From assembly GCA_964019335.1 (NCBI GenBank), contig OZ025763.1, positions 62,001-126,000 on the forward strand: a DNA stretch of 64,000 nt, written 5' to 3'. Both the position numbers and the translations under genes were made by a program. The notes under the pieces were generated by a model. That model searched no databases, had not been told where the DNA came from, and saw nothing but the letters and a program-made list of their open reading frames with translations. Positions within the stretch are counted from its first letter, which is position 1. Each line of letters opens with the position of its first letter. The stretch is from Diplonema japonicum (lineage: Eukaryota; Protista; Euglenozoa: Diplonemea). Positions 11,242-21,274 of the stretch are shown one piece after another.

Positions 11242-11546
11242 CAGGGCGCCGCCAACACCGGCCTCCTTTAACTCATCGCTGTTGACCTCCTCGTCCGTCA
11301 TCACCGGTAGCGCCCGAGTGGAAGAACATAATGCAGATGCTCAGGGTGACGAACAGGCAGCAAACTGCACGAGCGCAGAATCTTGGTTACCCGGGACGCA
11401 CCGGCTGGGGTTGAGCTGTACACCGCACGCATTAAGGACACGACGCGGAACGCAGAAGAAGCTACAACTCGGCAGCGGCGCGCCCCCGTAATCAAGTAGA
11501 CAGTTCTTGTGCAGGGCGCCGCCAACACCGGCCTCCTTTAACTCAT
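11242..11546 (-). mobile_element. ~305-bp non-coding element with 35-bp terminal direct repeats, next to a poly(T) tract (poly(A) on the - strand)
   Basis: cagggcgccgccaacaccggcctcctttaactcat at 11242-11276 and 11512-11546. Solo copy at 49272-49305, diverged solo copy at 28262-28296, and a diverged internal copy at about 13904-14072. Confidence 0.65.
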
Positions 11547-11647
11547 ATATTCTTCTTTTATTCTCTCTCTTTGTTTTTTATCTCTCTTTTAATTTTCTTC
11601 TCTCATACCCCTCTCCTCCCCCCACAACCATATAACAGGTGCGGGGG

Positions 11648-12760
11648 ATGCCTGCTTCCATCCACCACCTACACAAAATGCTCAAAAGGCACAGAGGCGC
11701 GACGGAAATGCTTCTCGTGGAGCACAGCGTGCGAAGAGCAGAACACGAAGGCAGGGTGTCCATCGAAATGGAGCGACACGAAGGCCTGATCAGACTGTTG
11801 AGGCTCAGAGAGCTGGACGCCATCGTAAAAGAGAGGGAAAAGCGACGGGCGCAGGAGGAAGCCGCCGCAAGAGTGGAAAGACTGACGAAACGGGAAGAAA
11901 GCAAAAGGCGAGGCGTTGAGAAAAGACAGCAAGCAGAATGGGACATGATGCACAGCCAAGGCCGCAGGGGAAGCATGTCCACAGAAGGCACCATCACGGC
12001 CCCATCATCCCCTAAACGAAACCCCGGAGAAGGCGCTCTAGGGGAGTGGATGTACTGCATCGACATGGACGAGCTCGAAGAACACATGCGAACAGAAAAA
12101 AAAGCTCTGGAACGACGAAGGCAATCCTTAGTCAATCTCATACCCCACAACCCCACATCCGCTGTAGTGGCTGCCGTGGCTGCCCTTGCTGCAGTTACAT
12201 ACTCAGAGATCCCGAACACAAAACCATACTCAATACTAGTGGAGGAAGCAGAAGCATGGTCATGCCTCATGGGACAGCACATTGCAGGCGAAGAGGAGGT
12301 GGGAAGAGCCACTGTCGAGAAGTATGAGGCTCAGATGCGGACATCGATCAAAGAGCAGAGGGGGAACCAGCTTTTGGTGTCCAGACGGAGCTCGAGGGGT
12401 TCGCAAAACAGTATTTGCATATACATTGTCGACACGCGGAGGGTGGGGAACGAGCCCACTCTGAGCCTGCACATTGCCTCTTTAGACATTACAGGTGGTT
12501 CGTTGTTGTCACTATTGATGAACACCTTCAGCGGTATGCCAGTGGACCTTTTGCATGACTGGCGCGTTCTCAGTAAGACGGCCACCTTAAGCTCGCAGAC
12601 CGTCGTCACAGGGGACACCCTGTTTGCGGTTCCAGTTGCCACCCTCCCTGCCCCTGTTCTCAAACAGCCTGTTCCTACCGGCAAGCATTCTCTCGCGCCA
12701 CTCAGGGTGCCTATCCGAGGGCTGCAGAAGCAGAAGGCTATCGTTTCGTCATGGTTTTAA
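11648..12760 (+). CDS. Hypothetical coiled-coil protein with a probable C-terminal ubiquitin-like domain
   Basis: ATG at 11648 follows an AG at 11637-11638. The N-half is E/R/K-rich and helical. C-terminal LLHDWRVL....TLSSQTV..GDTLFAV resembles the ubiquitin C-terminal strands. Confidence 0.6.
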   Translation: MPASIHHLHKMLKRHRGATEMLLVEHSVRRAEHEGRVSIEMERHEGLIRLLRLRELDAIVKEREKRRAQEEAAARVERLTKREESKRRGVEKRQQAEWDMMHSQGRRGSMSTEGTITAPSSPKRNPGEGALGEWMYCIDMDELEEHMRTEKKALERRRQSLVNLIPHNPTSAVVAAVAALAAVTYSEIPNTKPYSILVEEAEAWSCLMGQHIAGEEEVGRATVEKYEAQMRTSIKEQRGNQLLVSRRSSRGSQNSICIYIVDTRRVGNEPTLSLHIASLDITGGSLLSLLMNTFSGMPVDLLHDWRVLSKTATLSSQTVVTGDTLFAVPVATLPAPVLKQPVPTGKHSLAPLRVPIRGLQKQKAIVSSWF

Positions 12761-13903
12761 AGGAAAAAAAAAAAAAAAAAGTAATGCACACGTTTTCTCA
12801 TAAAAAAAGTCCCCCCCCCCCCCCCCCTCCCCCACCCATTTCTATAAAGGAAAAAGGCCAATCAAAAAAAAAACTTTAGATGCTCTTTTTTAAAAAAAAA
12901 AAAAAAACACAACTCGTTCCCCTTTCCCCCCCCTTCTGTCACTCTGTTACCTTCTAACTTTCACCCACCACCCCCCCTCATATGATTATCTATTTTTTTT
13001 TCCCCCTTCCTTTTTTTTTTGTGTTCTATACCCTGGTGCGAGGGTCAGAGGCAAGGTGGCCAAGCGTGTGACATTCTAAGATTTTCAAAAAAAAAAAAAA
13101 AAAAAAAAAAAAAGGGAAAGCAAAAAGAAGAACGGGGAGGGGAAAAAAAAAGGGCGCAATTTTGCGCACCAAAAAATGCAGTGCGCCCCCCCCCAAAAAA
13201 AAAGAAAACAGAAAAAAAAAAAAAAAAAAAGGTAAGGGACAAGTGTATATCTTGCCAGAAACCTGCAAAACACGTACAACCGCCAAACTTCTTTTCGATT
13301 TCATTTTTTTTTTTTAAACCGCCAGTTACACAACAGAAGCAAGCAACGACAAATCTCGCTATCAAAAGCCACCTCCCCACACCCCCTTCTATAACCCTAT
13401 GTTGACTACAAGGCCTGACTTGAGCAGTAGTCCGGTCCTAGAGCTTAAAATCAAGTCGCGTCCCTTATTTCATTTTTTTCCCCCCTCCTTTCATCTCACA
13501 CACAGTGTCTGTTATACAGGACAGCTCCCTTTCTTTTTTTTTCCCCCTCCTAAAAAGTTGGATCTCGCTTAAGCAAAGAAACACGGCCTGTCCCCCCCCC
13601 CCCCCTCCCCTGGAGTCATTTTTTTTATTGTTGTACCATTTCCCCAAAACACCCCCCCCCCCTCCCTCTCTCCTTTACTGAAACGTTCCCAGATTGCTGC
13701 CAATGTGGAGCTTTAACTAGCTGCCCGCTGACAAAAAGAAGAAAAAAAAAGCGAAAAAGTATTTTATTCCTTTGGTGGGGGGAGGCCGTTGCCGGCTGCA
13801 CTCCCCATCATAAGGATTTCTTTTTCCTTTGGTGGCACATATTTGCGAGCAGGGCGGAAGGAGAGATAAGGGGGGGGGTTTTTTTTTGTTTATTTTCTTT
13901 AAT

Positions 13904-14072
13904 CTGTCATCACCGATAGCACCCTAGTGGAAGAACGTATTGCAGATGCTCAGGAATCTTGGTTTTCCCGAGCACATCGGTAGGGGGTAGACGCGGAATG
14001 CAGGAAAAGTTGCAGCTCGGCCGAGGCACACCCCCTGTGATCAAATCGACGGTGCTTGTACTAGCCTCCTTT
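13904..14072 (-). mobile_element. Degenerate copy of the 11242-11546 element
   Basis: Shared colinear blocks: gtcatcaccg, gtggaagaac, tgcagatgctcagg, gaatcttggtt, gacgcggaa, ctcgg, gcctccttt. Confidence 0.75.
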
Positions 14073-14401
14073 CTCTCTTTTATATGAGCTAGTACTGATA
14101 GAAATGTCACACTTTGGGGGGGGGGGGGGGGGGGAAGTTTTTTTTCCCGGGAGACGTTGCTAACCACTTCGTTTCCTATCATAGTATAGTGAATTTTTCT
14201 TTTTCGTGCGTTTAAAAAAAAAAAAGAATACGGGGGAGTCCCTTGTGGGTACGTGTCTAAAGCCGAAGAAGAGATCTGGAGCAAACAAGAAAGCCCCCGT
14301 TTACTAGGGCGGCACGATTCTTTTTTTTTTTTCTTTTTTTTTTTCCGCACCCAAAAGGGGTGCCAAAATGGGGCTGGACGGACGCAGATGCCTACAGGGG
14401 G

Positions 14402-15000
14402 TTTTTTTATTTCACTCTTCAGAAATTACTTCACGCACTGGGGGGCCCATTACTTCACGCTAAATCTCATTACTCACGGTGAAATAATGGCCTGTTTTCC
14501 GTGAAGTAATAGGGGGTTTCCGTTAAGTAATATGCCTCGGTAGGCCAATTTTTGCCTCGGTTCGGTTCCCAGTGGGGCTACTTTTTCCTCTCAGTTTGCT
14601 ATTTCCCCCCGGTTCAGCTCAATTGGCCAACTTTGCCTCGGCTCAGTTCCAGTTGGACTACTTTTTCCTCCCAATTTGCCCACTTTTGGCTAGGCCTTGT
14701 TCCCAGTTTCTGGGGGTAACTCTTCTGTGGGTAAGGGTAACTTAGTCAGCTTACCCAAGCTCCCCAAATGACTTCAAAATACCGAAGCAGCAGAAAAAAA
14801 GGAGCCAGCGGCCACGCTAGGTATGAGAAGGCCTGATTAGAGATGGTGACAGTGGCAATGCCAGCGACAGCGGCAGCTCTTAGTCAACAAAAGGAGGAAA
14901 AACAACTTGTATTGTAACCTTTGTAACCCCTCTCTTGTTCCCTTGTCACCCTGTTGTGCCCCTCGTGGTGAAGTAATTTCAGAGTGTCGTGAAATAAAAC
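14402..15000. mobile_element. MITE-like element with imperfect ~33-bp terminal inverted repeats and internal attacttcacg/cgtgaagtaat repeats
   Basis: The left end ttttatttcactcttcagaaattacttcac is complementary to gtgaagtaatttcagagtgtcgtgaaataaaa (14968-14999). Subterminal copies of the same motif occur in both orientations. Confidence 0.55.
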
Positions 15001-15002
15001 CA

Positions 15003-15135
15003 CTTACCTACCGCCAAGTAATGCTTTACCGACCTCTCGGTTCCGCATTTTACCATCTCGGGCCCTGCGGGCCCTCGACGGTAAAATGCGGAACCTCGAG
15101 GTAACGGTAAAGTCATTACTTGTTGGCAGTAAATA
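15003..15135. repeat. ~130-nt imperfect hairpin
   Basis: ccaagtaatg-ctttaccg-acctc-ggttccgcattttacc-gggccc pairs with gggccc-ggtaaaatgcggaacc-gaggt-cggtaaag-cattacttg. Confidence 0.9.
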
Positions 15136-15535
15136 GCTATTTATATACTTTACCACATGCTCTTTTGTCTCTCATGCGTAGATAATCTACTATTGAGTTG
15201 TGGGCGGTATTCCCCTCTTCCCTCCCTGTTTCCTTTCCCCCTCCTTTGAGATGTGTGTTGGGCAGAGCGAAGAAGCGAAGGTGATCTTTGCCCCCCCCTT
15301 TTGTAAAAGGGTGTAACACCTCTATTTTTTTGTGAGTTGCTTTGTAGAGCTTTCTTTGTAAGCATCCCCCTGTTATGTGACTTTTTTCTTCCCTTTCCCC
15401 TTTTTGCGTGTTTATTTTTTTTTTTTTTTTGAACCCCTATAAAAGTAGTGGGAGCACCAACTTATGAGGCTAATAGTCCCCCTCATAAAAATCAGGTGAA
15501 AGATAAGACGAATGAAGAAGTGCAGGGAAAAGGGG

Positions 15536-15566
<31 letters not shown>

Positions 15567-16074
15567 GAAAAACTAATTCAATACACAATACCATCTAGTT
15601 TTTTTTTAAAGTAATTTCTAAGGAAATGTTTTTATTCCCCTCCCTCACCCCCCCCCCCCCCCCCCCATGCTTCTTATTATGGTGCTAATCGTGTCTTCTC
15701 ATATTACCTATGCATGGAAATTTTCACGTTTTTGCTCCGTTTTAAAAAAAAAAGAAAAAAAAGGAAGCTACAACACCGCAGGAGGGCGTTAAAAAAAAGC
15801 TTTTTTTTTCATTGCTCTATAATTGTTGCTTCCTTTTTTTTTGTTTCTCTCTTTCTTTTTTTTTACCCCTTTCTGTCTTTTCCTCATTTTTTCCCCCCAG
15901 TTATTCTTCTTTTTGGTTCCCCTCCCCCAATTTTTTCTTTTTTTTTCATCTAAAGGAGAGTTGTCTTCTTCTTATATTCAGTTTATTTCTTCTTTGTTTT
16001 AACCGTTTTTTTTTTTTCTTTTTAATTAATTCCTTTCACATTAAAAAAAAAAAAAAAAAAAAAAAAGGGAAACC

Positions 16075-16950
16075 ATGGAACCCCCCAAAAAGCTAAACCC
16101 TCCCTCGAGGCTGCTGAACACAGCGGACATTGAAGGTGCTGGTCCAAAGAGGCCCAAGCAATGGATTAAACCGCAGGGCCCTGTAGACGGCACAACCAGC
16201 CAGAGGCGCATCCCGTTGAACGTCGCTAAGAAAAATGATTTCAACATCAGCAACAAGGACATCCCTCACTCATACCCGGAAAACAAGCTTTTCACAACGA
16301 ACAGGGTGGTCAACCCTCTCCAGCCAGTGTACCATATGTCCAGCTACGAAGTAACCCAGAGCACACCTACAAAACAGCTGAGAGAAACAAATCTTATATC
16401 AGACATTCAAGGCACAAAGGCAACCTCTTGCCACAAGATGGACTGCGTCCGCACGAGAAGCACCATGACCATCACAGACATCCTAGGCGCGTCGTGCAAA
16501 TCGAAAAACAGCATTCTAAACTGCTCCGGTCGTAGTTTGAACCTTACGACGAAGGACATCAACCATCCTGAGAACATAAAATCGTCTTTCACGACAAACA
16601 GATGCACGAACCCATTATCCCCGAGGTACAGGGTGGCGAACCCTGCGGTGCAGGGTACCGTGCTGACCCTCGATGGGAACCATCCGAAGAAGCTTCCGAA
16701 GGAAAAACAGCCGCATGAGCGGTGCTTTACGCTGCGGTCCACCGACATCCCGGGCGGGACGCCTTCCCGGCCGGTCCCCTTCCCCCAGGCCCGCCGCCAC
16801 TGGAAGGAGACGTGTGCCCTTGACGACATGCCCTTTTGCAAGCCGTCTGCAAAGTACAACACCATGCACTCCTCCTCCCGTAAGACGGACCCCAACAACC
16901 CGCGGTACGTCCCACTCGCCAGCAAGGTCATCCACCTCCCATCTGCATGA
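16075..16950 (+). CDS. Hypothetical basic repeat protein with alternating DIxG and TNRxxNPLxPxY motifs (possibly microtubule/flagellum-associated)
   Basis: DIEGAGP, DIQGTKA, DILGAS, DIPGGTP; TNRVVNPLQPVY, TNRCTNPLSPRY, SRKTDPNNPRY. The function is an inference. Confidence 0.65.
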   Translation: MEPPKKLNPPSRLLNTADIEGAGPKRPKQWIKPQGPVDGTTSQRRIPLNVAKKNDFNISNKDIPHSYPENKLFTTNRVVNPLQPVYHMSSYEVTQSTPTKQLRETNLISDIQGTKATSCHKMDCVRTRSTMTITDILGASCKSKNSILNCSGRSLNLTTKDINHPENIKSSFTTNRCTNPLSPRYRVANPAVQGTVLTLDGNHPKKLPKEKQPHERCFTLRSTDIPGGTPSRPVPFPQARRHWKETCALDDMPFCKPSAKYNTMHSSSRKTDPNNPRYVPLASKVIHLPSA

Positions 16951-16989
16951 TGCAAGGTCATCCCCCTCTCCGCATGATGCAAGGTCATT
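16922..16989 (+). repeat. Three tandem ~27-30-bp copies of the gene's last codons (gcaaggtcat...gcatgat)
   Basis: gcaaggtcat occurs at 16922, 16952 and 16979. Confidence 0.8.
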
Positions 16990-17112
16990 ACCATGCGGCC
17001 CGTGCTTTACAGCACACGGCACTCTCTTTCATGTTTCTTTCAAACAGCGTGGCCTCACGTTCACCTTCGTACCTTTCACATAGGAGTAGGGGTAGGAATA
17101 GGGGAGGGGTCA

Positions 17113-17417
17113 TGCCCGGGAGGTACTTCACGCGGAGGGTCCCTCTCGGGAGCACCGCCAACTTCCTCACGATGGTGTTCCTGGACACGAACCCTTGCAT
17201 CGGGGCCTACAGGTCGGACAACCCGAACGGCTGGGACCCATGCTCCGGGAAGTACATGGACTGCCCGAACTGCAAGTTCTACGAGAACATCTTGGCGCAG
17301 AACTGCTCAGCGCAGCTTGACTGGTTGAAGAAGACCATGTCGCACACCCTCACTACTAAGTTTGTGGCCTACAACGGTACTGTCGTCAACACCCTTGTCA
17401 CACACAAGAGGGCATAA
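17113..17417 (+). pseudogene. Internally deleted fragment of a purple/tartrate-resistant acid phosphatase-like metallophosphoesterase
   Basis: MPGRYF...VFLDTNPC...QLDWLKKT is joined directly to C-terminal TLTTKFVAYNGTVVNT. The metal-binding motifs are absent. Confidence 0.55.
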
Positions 17418-18999
17418 AGTGATTGTAATCCCCCCTGTTGTCGGCTTCGGCCCTACGTACGTACATGTATTTCGAACCTACGCCGCACTTTTTTTAAAAT
17501 TCTAAAGATTTTCCTGCTTACGCGTACGCCTTCTGTGTCATACGGCATTCATTTTGGAAAGGTCTCGGGCAATGTTCACTGGGCTTGTGTGGTGGGATGC
17601 GCAAAGGGGTTGACATTGGGATTTGACAAAGCTGATTCTCTACTCGGAGTATAATTCAGGTCAGACTTTACTTTTTACAAAATAGTTCTGTGTTCAATAT
17701 CTTTTGCAATTGTATTTTTGTTATTTGTTTTATTTATTCTCCACCCCCCATTCTTAATCACTTCAGCTACAACAACAACAACAACTACAAAGTATGGATC
17801 CTTCGACACTTCAGAAGTACGAGCAAGGGGAGCTCCTCGGGTCCGGCGGACAGGGGTCGGTGTACAAGGCAGTGAGGAGGGTGGATGGAGGTATCTTTGC
17901 GATGAAGGTGTTGGAGGCGCTCGCAGAAGAGGTGCACAAGAAGAACGTGGAGGAGGTGCAGCACATGCTGAAGCTGAAGCACAGGAACCTGGTTCCCTGC
18001 CTTGACTTCTTCGAGACGACAAAGCAGCTGGCAAAGGAATCCCTTGCGAAGGTGTGGCGGGTTCAAATCGTGATGCCCTTGTACGAAAAAGGGGACCTCT
18101 ACTCATGCGTTCAAAAGGAGGGACCCCTCTCTCCTGAGAGGGCGGACCGGCTCTTGCGGGAGATGGGAGGGGTCCTTCAGTACATTCACGGTGAGGGCTT
18201 CATCCACAGGGACGTGAAACCCCAAAACATCATGGTGTCGGGGAAGGTATCTCCTCCTTCTGCGGCCAGTGTCGTTGGTGGCGGCTGCGGGGGGGAGGCA
18301 GAGTTCATCCTGGCTGACCTGGGACTGTCGAAGGAGGTGTCCTCCGGTGGGGTAGCGAGCAGCTATACAGGCACACCAGCTTACATGGCACCCGACATCT
18401 TAAACGGAGAGGACGGCTACACCAACAAAGTAGACATGTGGGCCCTTGGGGTGACTGTGTGCAACGTGGTGCTCCGAGAAGACCTGAGGAGTCTCTTTCT
18501 GAAGTACCTGCATCCTAACAGGGAGCTTGTGATGGAGACACTTCAGACCCACCTCCCCCCTGCCCTCTTCGGGGTTGTGCTCCGCCTCCTCTCCACCGAC
18601 CCTTTGGAACGGGCCAGTGCAGCTGAGATGCTTCAGACGGGACCCCCTGGGATGGTTCCTCAGCCGACTGGAATAGTTCTTCTCGCGTTTAGGAGTGTTG
18701 ATGGTGGAGAAGAGAGGAAAAGGAAGCTCTGCGTGGCTGTGGGAGCAGGAGCGGAGGAGGTTCGAGTGGCGGCAGCAAAGGCCTTCTCTTCGGGGGGGCA
18801 GGAGCTCCTCAGGGTGCGCAGGTTGGAGGTCTTCGACAAGGACTTCGGGGAGTTCGTGGAGGAGGACGACGGGGACATCGTGTTCGAGGACAAGGGACGG
18901 GTCCGTGTCGTGTTTGAAGCACCGTTCCCAACCACCGCCACTTCTTCAGCCACCTGTGACAGCAGCAACATGCCACCCTGCTTCATCCAACCTGCTGCG

Positions 19000-19054
<55 letters not shown>

Positions 19055-19260
19055 CCACCCTCACAAAAGAGGAGGGGAGGCTTGCCTTGCTCAACGCTGT
19101 TTCAAAAGGCGACCTTGAGGAGATGAGGATCCTTATTCTGGAGCGGGGTGTTGACCCTGGTGTAGCGGACAGCAGTGGTTCCACAGCCCTGCACTGTGCT
19201 GCTGAAAACAACTGTGTGGAGGCTGTGGCTGCTCTCGTCTATTCTTACGACCAGGACCCT

Positions 19261-21108
19261 GGTGTCAGAAGCAAGAACGGTCGGACACCGCTTCATCTGG
19301 CAGCACAGAACGGCCACCTCGAGACCGTTAAATATCTTGTCGAAACTCGGGGTCTCGACGCAGGTGTCAAAAGCAACGACGGTCGGACACCGGTTCATCA
19401 AGCAGCACTGAACGGCAACCTCGAGACCGTTAAATATCTTGTGGAAACTCGGGGTCTCGACGCAGATGTCAGAAGCAAGAGCGGTCGGACACCGCTTCAT
19501 CTGGCAGCACTGAACGGCACCCTCGAGACCGTTAAATATCTTGTCGAAACTCGGGGTCTCGATGCAGATGTCAAAAGCAACGACGGTCGGACACCGCTTC
19601 ATCAAGCAGCAGAGAACGGCCACCTCGAGACCGTTAAATATCTTGTCGAAACTCGGGGTCTCGACGCAGATGTCAAAAGCAACAACGGTTGGACACCGCT
19701 TCATCTGGCAGCACAGAACGGCCACCTCGAGACCGTTAAGTATCTTGTCGAAACTCGGGGTCTCGACGCAGATGTCAGAAGCAAGAGCGGTCGGACACCG
19801 CTTCATCTGGCAGCACTGAACGGCACCCTCGAGACCGTTAAATATCTTGTCGAAACTCGGGGTCTCGACGCAGATGTCAAAAGCAAGTACGGTTGGACAC
19901 CGCTTCATCAAGCAGCACAGAACGGCCACCTCGAGACCGTTAAATATCTTGTCGAAACTCGGGGTCTCGACGCAGATGTCAGAAGCAAGAACGGTTGGAC
20001 ACCGCTTCATCTGGCAGCACAGAACGGCCACCTCGAGACCGTTAAATATCTTGTCGAAACTCGGGGTCTCGACGCAGGTGTCAAAAGCAACGACGGTCGG
20101 ACACCGGTTCATCAAGCAGCACTGAACGGCAACCTCGAGACCGTTAAATATCTCTGTCGAAACTCGGGGTCTCGACGCAGATGTCAGAAGCAAGAACGGT
20201 CGGACACCGGTTCATCTGGCAGCACAGAACGGCCACCTCGAGACCGTTAAATATCTTGTCGAAACTCGGGGTCTCGACGCAGGTGTCAAAAGCAACGACG
20301 GTCGGACACCGGTTCATCAGCACTGAACGGCATCCTCGAGACCGTTAAATATCTTGTTGAAAGGGTGGCAGCAGGGGTGCGCCCCAGGTGAGTAACGACA
20401 CCTCCACCTTAAATGTGAGTTAACTCGCTCTGTGTCCAGGTGCGATGCGCGGCAGCAGCGACATGGGAGGGGAACATCTGCCAATTGAACATTGCGCAGG
20501 GTTCATCCCACCAATCCCTAGCTGGTCTGCAGGCGGTCGCCATGGGAGGTTTGCTAGAGGGCGGGCAGGGCCTGTCCCCAACGGTGGTGGTCTGGGTCGG
20601 CACGGTTGGTTCGTTGGCTCTCAGACCAGTAGTCGCTCCCAGTGGGCGAGCTCTCTGAGGGGCCATGACCGAACCAGGCTGCCATCGGGGGGACGCGGAC
20701 AGTCGTGGGCACACGGCTGCACGTCGGGTCGCTGGCTTGGACACCACTAGAGAGCGAACCCTACGGGTGGCGGTGTGTATTACGCATTACCTCGAAGGGG
20801 GTATAATGATTCTTGAGAAAAAAGCACACACCTACTGGGCGGAGCTCTGGTAAGGCTTTGTAAGTGCAACCACTTCGATGGATGAATACTTCTGGAGCAA
20901 ACATCGCGGAAAAAAAAAAAAAAAAAAAAAAAAAACTTGTCGAAACTCGGGGTCTCGACGCAGATGTCAAATGCAACAACGGTTGGACACCGCTTCATCT
21001 GGCAGCACTGAGCGGCCACCTCGAGACCGTTAAATATCTTGTCGAAACTCGGGGTCTCGACGCAAGTGTCAAATGCAACGACGGTCGGACACCGCTTTCT
21101 CTAGCCAA
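19261..21108 (+). repeat. Tandem array of 102-bp ankyrin-coding units
   Basis: Consensus (G/D)V(K/R)SxxG(R/W)TP(L/V)H(L/Q)AAxNGxLETVKYLVETRGLDA with an essentially invariant DNA scaffold. Confidence 0.95.
20363..20935 (+). mobile_element. ~573-bp non-autonomous poly(A)-tailed retroposon (SINE-like) with a 10-bp target-site duplication
   Basis: Flanked by cttgttgaaa (20353-20362) and cttgtcgaaa (20936-20945). A26 tail at 20910-20935. No convincing ORF. Confidence 0.85.
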
Positions 21109-21240
21109 ATTGAGCAAAAACCCCAAGCTGGTTAGTTATCTGTCATAGGCGTTTTGAGTGAGGGGCAGCCCCGACCCAAAGCACGTCTAGTATGAAAGAG
21201 CGCTTTATTGCGCATAAACAATGAAAGCAAGGAAGTGGCA

Positions 21241-21272
<32 letters not shown>

Positions 21273-21274
21273 AG

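Larger units (their letters stand above)
17794..21148 (+). pseudogene. Ser/Thr kinase + beta-grasp (PB1/Ub-like) domain + poly-Asn + ~12 near-identical 34-aa ankyrin repeats; disrupted
   Basis: Kinase motifs GSGGQGSV, AMK, HRDVKPQN, DLG, GTPAYMAPD, DMWALG. 102-bp repeats start at 19261. There is a +1 insertion near 20154, a 4-nt deletion near 20319 and a retroposon at 20363-20935. The last repeat and cap are at 20936-21148. The 5' ORF (17794-20250) could still encode a truncated protein. Confidence 0.85.

Noticed and set aside
11186-11491. Tyrosine recombinase-like words (TGSAR, TPHALR)
   Set aside because: The spacing is far too short, no catalytic Tyr region is present, and the HALR segment is missing from the second copy.
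12761-16074. Numerous poly-Lys/poly-Phe ORFs in intergenic DNA here and elsewhere
   Set aside because: Translations of A/T homopolymer tracts.
19102-20193. Cys-rich 363-aa minus-strand repeat ORF
   Set aside because: Antisense of the ankyrin array with no independent support.
19261-20360. CRISPR array or TALE repeats (34-aa period)
   Set aside because: The units are in-frame coding repeats with the ankyrin TPLHxAAxxGH consensus. There are no unique spacers, no cas genes and no TALE LTPxQVVAIAS consensus.
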